Below are positions 12,801 to 25,425 of a stretch of DNA of 64,000 nucleotides, piece after piece. This DNA comes from Felis catus (lineage: Eukaryota): contig NC_058368.1 in NCBI RefSeq assembly GCF_018350175.1, positions 18,602,001-18,666,000 of the forward strand, written 5' to 3'. The notes beneath the pieces were generated by a model. The model was not told the origin of the DNA and did no database searches. It saw only the letters and a program-made list of their open reading frames with translations. The translations under genes were made by a program, and so were the position numbers. Position 1 is the first letter of the stretch; each line of letters begins with the position of its first letter.

Positions 12801-13721
12801 AGACGAAAAAACGAGGCAACAGCACCACATCCTAGCACAGCTCAGGTGTGGACAGGTGTGGACGGTATGGGGAAGACCCCCGAGTTGGCAGGCAGAACCC
12901 TCAATCCAGACTTAATGGCAAGGAGCTAAGCCCCAGTCTTTCAGGCAGGCAGTGACAGTTTGTTATCTGAGATAACAAACACTTGAGGGATTGGACATCT
13001 TCCCAGCAGGCCCTTAAGGGCTAAGTCCTCATCCTTGGGACAAGAGAGGGGCAGATAAGAACAAGATGAGCCCTCTGCCAGCGACCAATACAAGCACTCA
13101 AGCCAAGAAACCAGGCCTCTGTCCTGGTTACCAGAACTGGGGCCACAGGGAGCTGCACTTTGGAGCGAGGCCCAAGCACATTGATGAGAATCCGGTCACT
13201 AGGTCAGGGCTGACAACACTTACACGAGGTTGAGCTGCAGAACATTGGCTCAGACTTTCTAAATCCCTCTCGTCTGTGATCACAACTGGTCCTAGAGACC
13301 CCGCCAAGGCTGAGTGGGCAGGGAAAGTATAGAAGTCAAAGGCCTTGAGGTGGGAGGGGGTCCGGTACAGGAGGATAGAACTGTGGGGCTCCTGGGGGCC
13401 AAGGGCTACAACACCCAAACTGACCTTGTCAAATGGAAGTCCATGCAGAACGAGAGAATCCCAAAGGTGGTAAGGATAACCTCCAGGCCAAGCAGAATGG
13501 TTAAAGAAAAGTCTACCCTAGGGAAGCAGTAGATGAATTCAGGTATTTCAATTCCATGTGAAAGAAAGTCTAGATGCATTCTGCACACAAAACTGAGCCC
13601 ACAGGGTGCAATTCCCAGGGAGAAGTTTTTAACCTCAGCCCAAGGACAGCATTCCTACAGCCTGCCTCTCCTGGCTCCAGAAACTCATTCCCTCTATATT
13701 TATTCAGCAAGCACTTACTGA

Positions 13722-14083
13722 TTAGGGTAACTACTCATCCTGGTTTGCCCAGCACGGTGGCATCTTATGCTGTAGTATCCTTTCCCATCAGGTCAGCCCC
13801 CCATTCACTCTTTTTTTTTTTTTCAATGTTTATTTATTTTTGAGAGAGACTGAGACAGAGTGTGAGCAGGGGTGGGGCAGAGAGAGAGGGAGACACAGAA
13901 TCTGAAGCAGTTCTCCAGGCTCTGAGGTACCAGCACAGAGCTGGATGCAGGGCTTGAACTCCCAAACTGTGAGATCATGACCTGAGCCGAAGTCGGACAT
14001 TTAACCCATTGAGCCACCCAGGTGTTCCATCCCCCTTCACTCTTAAAGAGTCTTGCTTTGATAATAAATGATATGGCCCCCTA
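13722..14083. mobile_element. MER94-like hAT-Blackjack MITE interrupted by a SINE
   Basis: tagggtaactactcatcctggtttgccc ... cccccttcactcttaaagag...gataataaatgatatggcccccta matches the recalled MER94 layout with tagggt/cccta ends. Confidence 0.65.
13811..14028 (-). mobile_element. CanSINE
   Basis: poly-T, tttattt, (GA)n, ...gagccacccaggtg antisense SINE. Confidence 0.95.
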
Positions 14084-14209
14084 CTCAAGTGAGCGCTTGC
14101 TACATGCCGGGACTGGACTGAGAGCGTTGAAGACACAACGAAAATACAACCCCTCACTTTGGTGAGCTCATAGTCCAGGTAGAAAAGGAGATATTGGAAG
14201 AACAAATTA

Positions 14210-14397
14210 GGGGTGCCTATGTGGCTCAGTCACTTGAGCATCCAACTTTGATTTCAGCTCAGTTCATGATCCCAGGGTCATGGAATGGAGTGCTGCATTG
14301 ATCTCTGCATTGAGTGTGGGGAGCCTGCTTGAGATTCTCTCTCTCTTTCCCTCTGCCCCCTCCCCCACTCACGCTCTCTCTCTAAAATAAAATAGAT

Positions 14398-14434
<37 letters not shown>

Positions 14435-14470
14435 GGAAATAAAGAAAGGAGAAAAGAAAAGAAAAAAGAA
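14210..14470 (+). mobile_element. CanSINE with (GATA)n/GAAA tail
   Basis: SINE head; TSD aagaacaaattag on both sides; GATA repeat ~14395-14433. Confidence 0.93.
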
Positions 14471-14496
14471 AAGAACAAATTAGAGTATAATGTGGT

Positions 14497-14699
14497 GGGG
14501 TGCCCGGGTGGCTCAGTCAGTTAAGTGTCCAACTCTTGATCTCGGTTCAGGTCATGATCTCACGGTTCATGGGTTTGAGACCACATCAGGCTCCAAACTG
14601 ATAATGAGAAGCCTGCTGGTCTCTCTCTCTCTCCCTCTCTCTGCCCTTCCCCCACTTGGGCATGCTCTTTCTCAAATAAATAAATAAACATTAAAAAAT
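14497..14699 (+). mobile_element. CanSINE
   Basis: ggggtgcccgggtggctcag head; TSD agagtataatgtggt / agaatatagtgtggt. Confidence 0.93.
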
Positions 14700-15063
14700 A
14701 GAATATAGTGTGGTAAGGGGTGTATAAATAAAAGTGCTAGAGATTGAGACATTACTTTTAATATCAGAGATGAAAAACAGTTCACAGCTCATTCAACACA
14801 CTTGCTCATTTAATAAATACACACTATGTAGGTACCACCGATAAAATACTAAAGAAAATAGAACTCCTTCTTTCTCTCCTAAAAAGGTTATGGCAAATGA
14901 GCCAAACTTATACAAATTTTCTCTCATTTTTGAAAAACCTACTTCGTGGATAGCCTTTTTTACATATATTTGACCTAATCATGCATCCAGAAACTTCCAA
15001 TTATTGGTTCTAAACCTGATCGCTGATGTCCAATAAAATCAAACCCATTTTCTACTTGGAAAT

Positions 15064-15250
15064 TTTTTTAACTTTATTTTAGAGCAAGAGTGTGGGTGAA
15101 GGGGAGGGGCAGAGGGAGAGAGACAAAAGCAGGCTCCGCGCTCAGTGTGGGTTCGCTTCAACACAGGGTTCGACTGCATGATTCTGGGATCATGACCGGA
15201 GCCGAAATCAAGAGTCAGATGCTCAACCAACCGAGCTACCCAGGCGCCCC
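15064..15250 (-). mobile_element. CanSINE
   Basis: Antisense body ending cccaggcgcccc; TSD tggaaatttttt. Confidence 0.93.
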
Positions 15251-16087
15251 TGGAAATTTTTTACATACATAAAGACATCGAATCCATTTTCCTCAAGTGT
15301 TCTATTTTCCAGGCTAAATATTCCCAGTTCTTCCATTCAGTTTTCCTATGATCTGGATGTTGGACTTTTTACAGTTCTGGCCACTGTCATTCTCAATTGT
15401 CCTTATCCCTCTGAAAAAGCAAAGCCCAGAACAATCTCCAAGTTCAGGTGTGCCCTGGCTCATGCCCAAAGAGTGCTACCTCTGTGTTTCTCCACTCTCC
15501 ACCCTTCCCTCTGGGCCAGTCCCCCTCTCACGGCGTGGGGCAAGCTGACTTGCTGCTAAGCCAGTATTTGTGTTGATTTCTTTCTAATCTGTGTTCCCAC
15601 AACACCGTTAGTACCAGCGATATAGCACCTGTTCCTACTTTACTTCATCTTATTAGTTTAGGAGCCCGTGGAGTTATAGAAGGTTAGTGTTCAGGGATAT
15701 GGCAGATCTTCCAGTCAAGTCCCACAGTCCACAGGTGCAGTTACCGAGGTACAAAGAGCTCGTAGGAGAGTCTTAAATCACAGCTCATCGCATTCCAGCC
15801 TGTCAGGACACAGATTCCATCCCTCTACATAGAAGCATCGGTGCCCTATGTAACTATTTCCTTTCCCTTACTCCTTGAATGCTACAACGAGGAAGGACCT
15901 GCCCTCTAGGAAATATCCCTACTTCCAGGATCTCCCGATTTTCAACCCATTCTCCATACTTACCAATTACGCTACGTTTTTGAAAAAAAGTTAAAATGAT
16001 GTAAACGTTCCCCATCATATAGCCGCTCCTACCATGCCTTAGAAGACCGTATGCCTTTCTAGCCTGTTATTTATTCTTCCCTGATGC

Positions 16088-16302
16088 TTTTTTTTTAATG
16101 TTTTTATTTAGTTTTGAGAGAGAAAGAGAGCACGAGCGGGGGAGGCGGGGAGAAAGAGAGAGACAGACAGACAGAATCCGAAGCAGGCTCCAGGCTCTGA
16201 GCTGTCGGCACAGCGCCCGGCATGGGGCTCGAACCCATGAACTGCAAGATCATGACCTGAGCCGAAGTCGGACGCTCAACCACCACAGCCACCACGTGCC
16301 CC
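16088..16302 (-). mobile_element. CanSINE
   Basis: Antisense SINE; TSD tcttccctgatgctt on both sides. Confidence 0.94.
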
Positions 16303-16684
16303 TCTTCCCTGATGCTTCTGTTGTCAATCTGAAGAAGTGCCATTTCCAAATATGCCACATCTGTTCAGCACCCTCTGAACTCCTACCTGCAGATCTCTCT
16401 TCTTGGACCGCATTCCACACTCGGCCCGCTCTGAGCCCCACTTCGAGGCTTGCCCTCGTGAGAAAGACCTCCCCCAGTTCTCCCCAGGTATACCATGCCC
16501 CACCCCCCCACCCCCCAAGCCCCGAGCAGCAAGGTCACTGCTCCCTTCACTGCGTTTCACGTAACACTCCGTACAGGTGCCATTTGTGCCCATAACACGT
16601 GGTGGTGTTTTCACTGCCTCCTCTAAAGAATAACGCCCTTGAGGACAGGTATTATCTCTGCCATCTAATGAATATTCTAAACCT

Positions 16685-16975
16685 ATTTCATTTCATTTGT
16701 TCTACAGATATTAACTGAACCTATTTGATGCCGAGCTCTGGCGCATGGGGTGAACAAGATCCATGAGGGCCTCTCCCTTATGCCCCTCAGAGCAGGACAG
16801 ACGTTCACCAAACACAAGTAAGAAAGATGGAGTCTAACGAGCGTATTAACTGGGGACGTACTGTGGGCTATGGGTCCATGCAGGAAGGGGCCCAATCTAA
16901 AATAGGACTCAAGGAAGCTCTCTCTAGAAAAGTCACATTTAAGCCAAGCCCCAAGAAATCATCCAAGTGAAAGGC
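16685..16975 (-). mobile_element. L2 3' relic
   Basis: tttcatttcatttg...tattaactgaacctatttgatgccgagctctg...aacaagatc pattern of an L2 3' end. Confidence 0.55.
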
Positions 16976-18554
16976 TTCAGATTGGGTCCAATCTATCAAG
17001 CTTATCTCCTCTCCAAATAGCATTTTCTGCCATTTCTTTAAAGTCATCGGCTAGGAAGAGGGACAAGGATAGAGGTCTGTGGAAACTGGCTGGAGATTTT
17101 CCATCAATCAGTATTATGGAGGATATGCCTATGACCAGCGGTGATATTCCAAATATTTAACAACAGGTACAACACAGACATCAACCAGACAGAATGGATA
17201 CTGACCACAGGCAAGCAGGCTGCCTAACCCCACGCACGTAGGCTAAACGCCAGCCCCGGGCAGAAAAAGACAGCCTTCGGTGGATCTCTCTACCTGGAGG
17301 AAGGCACCGACAGCAGCTCTGGTCCACCCCCTTCAGTAGAAGGCTTTAATTCTGCCTATCGAGGACACCAGGCACATAAGTGGGACTTCGTACAGCTTGT
17401 CTGGAAAATCTCTCCTAAATACACACACCGCAAACCTGGCTGTGTACCCACCGTCTCCTACGAGGACTATCTCTTGAGTCAGCTAAAATCTCTGGCTGCT
17501 GTTTTCACATACTCTTTCCTGTTTAATGCTCCTTTAATACCCAGAGTTAAGTTCAAAAGTGCCCAGTGTCTGCCTTTCTTGCTTGGGGCTTTCTTTGCCC
17601 GCCTCGCAGTTGACTGAGGAATTCTAAACATGTGTCTGTGGCTCAGTGAGGCCACTGGTACATCAGGCCCCAGGTTTGATTGGGGTCTATATCCTGAGAG
17701 GGATACCAGAGGGAAACTCCACCTCAGATGTCTGCCAAGAAAAAAATGGGAAGGAAGAAGGTATTTGTACCACTGGTATTACTCCAGCCCCTTTCTTTGT
17801 TGTCTTTATAGCAACAAACCTACCTCGGACAGGCGAAACGTACACAGCAAGAAGCGATAAGAAAATCACCTCAAGTTTTCTGCAACTTTATAGAAGCAAA
17901 TGTTTTTGGTTCATAGTAAAGCTCCCTTCTGAGGGGTAGAGGCTTCTGCATTTATCCCAGCGTGGAAAGAATGCCTTACGTAACTTTGTTTTTGTTCCTT
18001 TTCCATATATTCATTCAGGGAGTGTTTTTGGAGTGCCTTCTGCATACAGTACACCCTCTTCGTTTCAGAGAGCAACATTGTCATCCCTAAACTTTGCAGG
18101 ATCATGAACCAAACTATATTCCGGGAAAACAAGGAGCTATTTCCATCACCCTTTATAAATTTGGGGAATTCAACTATTTATCGCTTCATATTCCCAATGG
18201 CATTGCTCGGTGTTTATGACCCTGGTTTTGTTGCTAGAGGGGTTTTCATTTAGCTCTTGCAGGAGGTGTGGCCGACCTGAGATTACACGGAGTCCTTCCT
18301 AGCCCTCTCCTCCCAGACTGATCCCACAGCACCATAGTGCTTGGGGGCTGAGGCAGGTGAAACTGTTGCAGATTTGTGCCATCACCCTCCAAAGACCGGA
18401 AGGCCAACTCCCGCCCTTCCCTCCTTCTCAGAGCCCCTGGCCAGGCCAGCCTCCTGGCCAGGCTCTTGGTTTCCACGGTACCAGAGGAGGTTCTGGTTAC
18501 TTCCAGGCCTAGGCTATTTGGAGTGTGCTTAGGGTCATCTCCAGGAGGTGACTT

Positions 18555-19068
18555 TTTTGGGTTTTTTTTACCTTTTTTTTTTTTCTTTTTAAAATATAAT
18601 CTATTGTCAAGTTAGCTAACATACAATGCATATATACTGTGCTCTTGGCTGCGGGAATAAATTCCCGTGATTCACTGCTTACATACAACACCCAGTGCTC
18701 ATCCCAACAAGTGCCCTCATCAATGCCCATCACCTGTTTTCCCTCTCTTCCCCACACCCCCCATCCACCCTCAGTTTGTTCTCTGTATTTAAGAGTCTCC
18801 TATGGTTTGTCTCTCTCTCTGTTTGAAACTATTTTTCCCCTTCCCTTCCCCCACGGTTCTTATTAAGTTTCTCAAATTCCACCCGTGAGTGAGAACATAT
18901 GGTATCCGTCTTTCTCTGACTGACTTATTTCACCTAACATAATACCTTCCAGTTCCATTCACGTTTTGCAAATGGCAAGATTTCATTCTTTCTCATTGCC
19001 AAGTAATATTCCAGTGTATATACAAACTACATCTTCTTTATCCATTCATCAGTTGATGGACATTTGGG
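18555..19068 (-). mobile_element. Felis-type L1 3' end, 5'-truncated
   Basis: Poly-T, carnivore L1 3'UTR (acaacacccagtgctcatcccaacaagtgccctc), ORF2 C-terminus PSTDEWIKKM; TSD ctccaggaggtgactt / ctccaggagatgactt. Confidence 0.95.
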
Positions 19069-20906
19069 CTCCAGGAGATGACTTCTGAACATACACCTTA
19101 ATGTCTCCCCAGTACTGCCCTTTGGCTCTATGATCTCAGGTGAGATCCTTGAATTTTTTTGAGCCTCAGTTTCCTCCTGTAAACATTGTGAAGAATAAAG
19201 GTTAGCCCAGGGGGCTGTTGTGAGGATTAGATGGGTTTGCCCCATGTGGACTCTACCCTCCGTCCACACTCCACTCCACCCCTAGGGGACGGGAGAGTGA
19301 TGGGACGTCAGCGAAGGTATGGAGTAACAAATGTACTATCTGCCCAGTTCTCTGTACCAGGACATCTGGTCACATTATCCAGCAAACTCATCCCAAACAC
19401 TATCATTCACTGCCCCAGCCAAACTGGACATACTGAGCACTTAGTCTCTGCCCAACTTGGCTTTGCCAAATAGGTGACTAATGCCACCAAAGTAGCTTGC
19501 GAGTTCTGCCAACTGGCTAATTGTCCCAACATCTCATGTAGACCTTCAACATATACAGCAGGTAGGAGTAAATTGTTCAGATTTAAGGAGATATTGCTGG
19601 TGATACCATGCACCCCCCCATCTCCCCTCACCCCCCTCCACCTTCAGCACTTTCTGTGAAACTCTGAAAGCCATTTGAAAAGCCCCACCCCAGAGCACTG
19701 CACTGAGTGCCCTTCGGTGAGCTGTGACTTTCACTGCTCATAACACCCAGAATCTAAGCTCCCGAAGGCAGCCGAGAGATAATATATTCGACACTTCCCC
19801 AAACCTTCAGCAACAAGAACATTCAAGAGACATAGCTCACACCAGTTCCTTCTGTATAACACACAACTTCTTTTTTATGTTTTCCTGCTTCCTATCTGGA
19901 TGAATATAGGGGGCTCCAGCTGTTGCTGTCAGTCAAATCGCCAGTATTTCCTTTCTGGGAATACATTTTTTCCTGAAGCAGCGTTTTAGCACCAGATTAG
20001 CACCTGATGCGTTAGGGCTTTTTATCACCTAGCAGTGTTTGCCATCCAACAGGCTGAGCAACGCAGTTACCATCAGTTACCGTCGCTCAGGTTATATTTG
20101 TTTGCTGCTGTCCTTCCATTGTCTCACCGTAACCTGCACTTGACTCACACGCAAAAAATGGCCCCTAAGCAAGAAAGTGAAGCGGCACTGACGGTCAGAA
20201 ATCCTTAGTCACCGTGCTCATCTATTTCTCTTCACTAGCGTCCGTCCCCTTCTGCACCCCTTTTTTCACCACAGACCCAATTCTTCAAAGAATTTCAGTT
20301 CCTGGGCACGTAGCAAGAGGTCAGTAAATATTTGATAATCTGCTTGAAAACCCTGGACATAAAAGATGTGCAGAGGTTCTCATCACAGAATTTTAGACCC
20401 AGCAGGGAACTTGGAACTGACACAGAAGGAGCTCTTCGTTTTGTAGGTGGGGAAACTGAGGTAAAGAAAGGTGAAGGGATTCACCCATGTTCCTACCCAG
20501 CTGTTACTATTATTGAGACCTCCTACTTTCAATCCAAATGGCATCGTGCGTATGACAATGCTTCTTCTCTCATTCTGTTCAAGGTCCTCGTGTTCCAAGT
20601 TTCCAACTGACACACGATGCTGTTTTGCTATCACCTTGACTCTAGAAGTTTGGTTAAGGTTACCTTTTCATTTCAAAGACGGGAGATTTAAAAAGCTGGA
20701 AAATTAAAAACTAGAATTCCTTTGTTTGCCCAAGACAGTTCATTCGAGATTTCGCAAACCTGGCTGTGTGTCAGAACTATCACCTGGCTGGGTTTCAGAA
20801 TCATCGTTTCTCTACGAAATCAATCTCTGGGCTTGGCAGGACTTGGGACTCTGCCTGTTCGTTGCTCATTTGGGGTTTGTTTGTTTCTGTTTGTTCGCTC
20901 TCCCAG

Positions 20907-21136
20907 AGCTTCTGCTACACATCAGGTTTGGAGACTGTAGATCTAATCAGCGTCCACTCCTCAATCACACGCACACGCGGATGGCGGAGAGTGCGTACTT
21001 TATGATATCTGAGGAGGAGGATGCTACGGGTGCCCTCCGAGAATCACAGCTGACGTCACCCATCAAAACACGAGTCAAAAATAGCCCGTGATAATAACAA
21101 CGTCGACTATAAATCCCACTCGCTAGATCAGTGAAG
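20907..21136 (+). other. Candidate 230-nt non-coding exon
   Basis: Acceptor tttgtttctgtttgttcgctctcccag|, donor GAAG|gtaagg; no through-reading frame. Confidence 0.3.
21047..21114. promoter_or_regulatory. E-box + full CRE + MEF2-like + TATA-like motif cluster
   Basis: CAGCTG 21047, TGACGTCA 21051-21058, TCAAAAATAG 21075-21084, TATAAA 21108-21113 in non-repetitive, CpG-retaining sequence. Confidence 0.5.
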
Positions 21137-23579
21137 GTAAGGAAGTTCGCTGTGGTCCCGGGTGCCCTGTCCCCTGGCGAGCACCCCCAGATGCTGCCCT
21201 TCCTGGCACACAAACAGCCGGGGCTGCTGGTGCTGGAGTCTTGGATGGCGGCAGCAGCAGCCGCGGGATCACGAGGCGAGTGTAATTTAAAACCTGCGTA
21301 TTTAATTAGACAAATTCTTGTCAACATATAGTTCCAGCACTTTATCTCTCTTTTGGCTCCGATTCCCTCTTACCGCCCCCTTTCCAAGTAATTCCATGAG
21401 TTCTGGGAATGTCCAGAACTGCACATGCCCAGGACTAGCACCAATTTATCCTCAGTAATCTGTCAAGCGGCAGCTCATGCTTTTCCACTGGTGTAGGTTA
21501 CCAAGCAACCTCCCTGTCACCCAGGATAATGACCTGACTCTAATTCCAGGGGACACAACACAACGTGGGATCCTGGGTGCAGGAACACCACCGGTGTGGG
21601 ACCCATGCCAACCTGTGGGTGAAGCCCAGCTGTGCAGTTGCCCGGGTCAACTTTTAGCCTTTGTCTGTAAAATGGGGACAGGGGAACAGCTCCCCAGATG
21701 GCTAGGATTTGAGATAATGTACCTAAAGCACGAGGCTGCTTTTGTTTAGCGTCAGCCTGAGAATAGGAATGAAATGGCAGCAGGGAGTGAGGTGTGGGAG
21801 GGTCACTGTCAAAGGGAACAGAGAGCAGATGATTCTGCAGTCCTCCAGGCCCCCTGCTCTCCCAAGTCCCTCTGGAGAAGTGCAGAGATGGCTGGCCCTA
21901 TGCTTTTGTTGCCACAGTGGGACTGGGGAATTTGATGGGTCATTTCTGCAAAGCCTTGAGCATCCAGGAAGCTTAAAGCTGGCCATGGGAACTGGCCGCA
22001 ACAAGACCTGGTGTCAGCCCCAGGCTCGGCATCAACAGCTCTCTAAGGCCGTGGCCTTCACAGTTGCCTCGGCACTTAGTTTATAAGCTCTGTCCATGAC
22101 TCGGGGCCAATGCAGCTGGTCCTTTCTCGGCTCCAATGTGGCCACTTAACATGGGGTATTGCTCCCCCCACTGAAAAGCACTGGTGGGGAGGGTGCAGAG
22201 GGAGAATCCAGCCAGTTGCATAAATTTGCTCTCAAATATTTCTGCCCAGGAAAGCCAAAAAGTCAAAAAGAGGTTCTGGCTCCTCGAGCGCTCCAAGCTT
22301 TTGTATTTGAACAGGAGGAGAGGCTGACTTAGAGGATTTACGAATAAACTGGAAACCAGAGCAGGAACTCCTAAGACAGGATTTACTGACAGTTTTCTGT
22401 GACCAGAGGCCTACCAACCTCCATTAATGTCTTCAGGATCCTCTTGGAGAAGAAGGGGCCGGGGGGGTGGTGGGGGGTGGCAGGCAGGGTTTCTCTCTGT
22501 GAGCCTGGTGATCATGAGATCTGGCCCGGCAGTTTAGGAAACTAGTCCTGGCTACCGAAAGGCAGGGGCCCCTCATCCAGGAGGTGGAGACAATTTCTCG
22601 CAGCCGTAGGAACCAGGAAGGACACCAGGAAATAGAGTCCCCCCTGGAGGCCGAGCAGACAGGAGGGCACCCCCGCGGCCCGGAATGAAACACCCGGTGA
22701 GGCTCCTTGAGGACTTTGTGCTCTTTTGCAAAAAGCTCTCCCCGGAAAGGATGCCTGGTTCACCTTTGTGAAAATGCGTGCTGTTAGAGCTACAAGGACT
22801 CAGATTCCAGGACCTGGACGTTTGTACGCGTCCTTCCCTCTTAATCCGGAGAGCAGTCAGGAGGAGGGAGGCTCGGCAGAGCAGAAGCGGCACCAGAATG
22901 GCAGCGCTGATGGAGGTGTCCCGGTCACGCACGCTGGCTGACGGCACAGTCCCCTCACAGAGTCGGAGCCTGCCAGGACACACGGGCTGCTCAGACCAGA
23001 CCCGTAAGCCCAGCAGCCAGGGGCTTGGTTGGGCTTTCATTCGGGACTGTGTGGATGGTGTCTGAGTAAGGCAGGAAGATCCCGGGCTCAGAGTCCAGAA
23101 GCCGTCCTGGGGTTTGGCTCCAGCTCCACTGACTGATTCGCACCCAATCCTAAGAAAGTCCCAGACCTCCCTCTACAGTCTCTGCCTCTGTTAACTCTTG
23201 ATTCATTTTGTAGATACCACGAGAAGCTTTCTGAGCTCCCAGCGACCTAGTCCAAACTGTGACCTGGACCACTCATATCAGAGCCATTAAAAATTCAGAT
23301 TCCTGGGCCCGGGCAAGACCAACTGAAACCGAATTTCTGAGGAACTAAGAAGTCTGCATTTTAACAAAATCTGAGGTGATCCTCACGCATGATCAGGACT
23401 GAGAGTCACTGATTTGGATGATGAGTCCAAACTGCTGAATATGGTTCCCAGGCCTTTACGCTCTGCCTTTTGAGTACCATTCCCAGCATCCTCTCTGCTT
23501 CTACACCACTGGCTGACATTCAGGTCCACATACCAAGGCCAGGTAGTGGGCTAATTAAATGCATCCACTGAATCCCCAG

Positions 23580-23745
23580 AGCACCTCTACAAGCAAGTTC
23601 TATTATCATCCCCAGCTTACAGAGGGGGAGACTGAGGCTTACAGAGGCTCAGTAATGTGACCAAGATCCCACAGCAAGTATGATGCTGAGGTCAGAGTCA
23701 TATTTCTATCTGTGGGACTGTAGAGTGCTCGCTTTTAACCACCAC
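23580..23745 (-). mobile_element. MIR SINE
   Basis: tattatcatccccagcttacagagggggagactgaggcttacagaggctcagtaatgtgaccaagatcccacagc. Confidence 0.8.
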
Positions 23746-24002
23746 CAGTTTACTACATTCTGCATTCCCTCGACGTGCCCAAGTGCCCGTGTGCTCCAGC
23801 TCAGGTTGGCCCTGGCCTCGCATGCCTCCCAAGACTCTTCTCCTCTGCGAATACGTAGAACTTGAATGGTTTCCCAAACCCCCCCAAGTTTCTGTGCGTT
23901 AGCTTCTCCCTCCTTCGTGCTCTGCCATTCTTTTCTCATACCTCTACTTCACTGTCAGGACTGTACTATGATTATTTATGTTCCAGCCTCCTCTGAGACG
24001 CG

Positions 24003-24300
24003 GGATTTTTTCAGGCACTTGCGCTGTTCTCAATGATACTGCGACGGGGGATACGTGTCATAGTACATTTGTCAAAACCCACAGCATGTACCACACCAAG
24101 AGTGAGCCCGAATGTAGACTGTGGACTTGGGTGATTAGGACGTGTCCATCTAGGTTCATCAATTATAACAAATGCGCTACTCTGAGGAGGGGTATGGTTG
24201 GAGGGGAAGCTGTGATAAGTGAGGTCAGGCGTACACGGAAACTGTACTTTCCACTCAGTTTTGCTGTGAACCTAAAACTGCTCTAAAAATAAAAGTCTAC
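24003..24300 (+). mobile_element. L1MC-like 3' end
   Basis: tacatttgtcaaaacccacag...tggacttgggtgat...ttttgctgtgaacctaaaactgctctaaaaataaaagtcta. Confidence 0.85.
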
Positions 24301-25194
24301 CTGTATTATTTTAAATTTCTAGGATGCCGTTACCCACCCCTGTAACCACACCGCCCAGCGTGAAGAAGAGGTTAAACAAATGTACGCTGAATGGAAGCGT
24401 GAATGGCAGGACGGCCCTTTCCCATGGGACTGAGAAAAACAAATCTGAGGAACCGCCTCAGCCGTGACAAGAGGCCAGGAAGAGACTACGAGAAGGTGGC
24501 AAGTAATGGAAATTTCGGAGGAAGTAGCGAAAGAAAGGAAGAGAGATCGGGTGCTGTGTCGCGGGTCCAGAGGAGAAGCTGGAGAATGGGGGCTGTGAGG
24601 GGGCAGAAGGCCACGGCGCTGAAAGGAAGAGCCAGAATGAAGAAAACAAGAAGGAAGGGCAACGGGATAGAGGCAAACCCAAACGTCCCAAGGTGCTTTG
24701 CATGCAAATGCTTTTGAGCCCCAACCACTCCAGAAGGCAAGCAGGGCCATTAGAAGGTTAAAAGAAGACCCACGCAGTCAGTCTCTGAGGGCAAGAAGGC
24801 AGATCCTAAGAGCATCAGGGGACCGTTCATCGTCCAAACGCAATGCAAGGGAAAATATCAGCAAGTGGAATTATGCTGCAAGAACCTCGACTATAATGTC
24901 ACGGGGAATGAGTCCAAGAGACGTTTTAATGACAACTCCAATGCCAGGGATCAAAGAGTATGACATAAGCTTTAAGAGCAGGGCAATTAACGATGTGTTT
25001 TGGAAGGAAAATCTGGAAGAAAAAAAACGCGTACTACCAGCTGTGGTAATGCCGTTGAGTAGACCAAGGAGGAAAATAAACACATATAGTTAGAAATAAA
25101 ATGGCTGCAAGAGACCTTGCGCTTATAAATGTTGGCTAAACGAGAGGTGAGAGAGATCACTCTATCGTTCTACCAAAGCATGCCCGCAACTGAG

Positions 25195-25425
25195 ACCAGA
25201 TTTGGCATTCAACGCCCTTGGGTTGAAAACCCAGGTCTTCTACTTACCGCCTCTGTGAACGTGGGTGACTTTCTCAAGCCATTGAGAGACTGTTTGAGAC
25301 TCCGCTTCTTTATCTGTGAAAAGAAGATAGTAGTACCTACTTTATGAGGGTTGTTGCTAGGATTAAAGGGCCTAAAGTATACCTAGTGCTTCAGAACAGT
25401 GGCTTACAAAGATTCTATAAATGAT
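25195..25425 (+). mobile_element. MIR SINE
   Basis: ggttgaaaacccaggtcttctacttac...ctttatctgtgaaaag...acctactttatgagggttgttgctaggattaaa. Confidence 0.75.

Noticed and set aside
17728..17915. MSAKKKMGRKK donor plus strong acceptor at 17810
   Set aside because: The implied intron is only ~50 nt, the peptides are unrecognisable, and there is no convincing downstream donor
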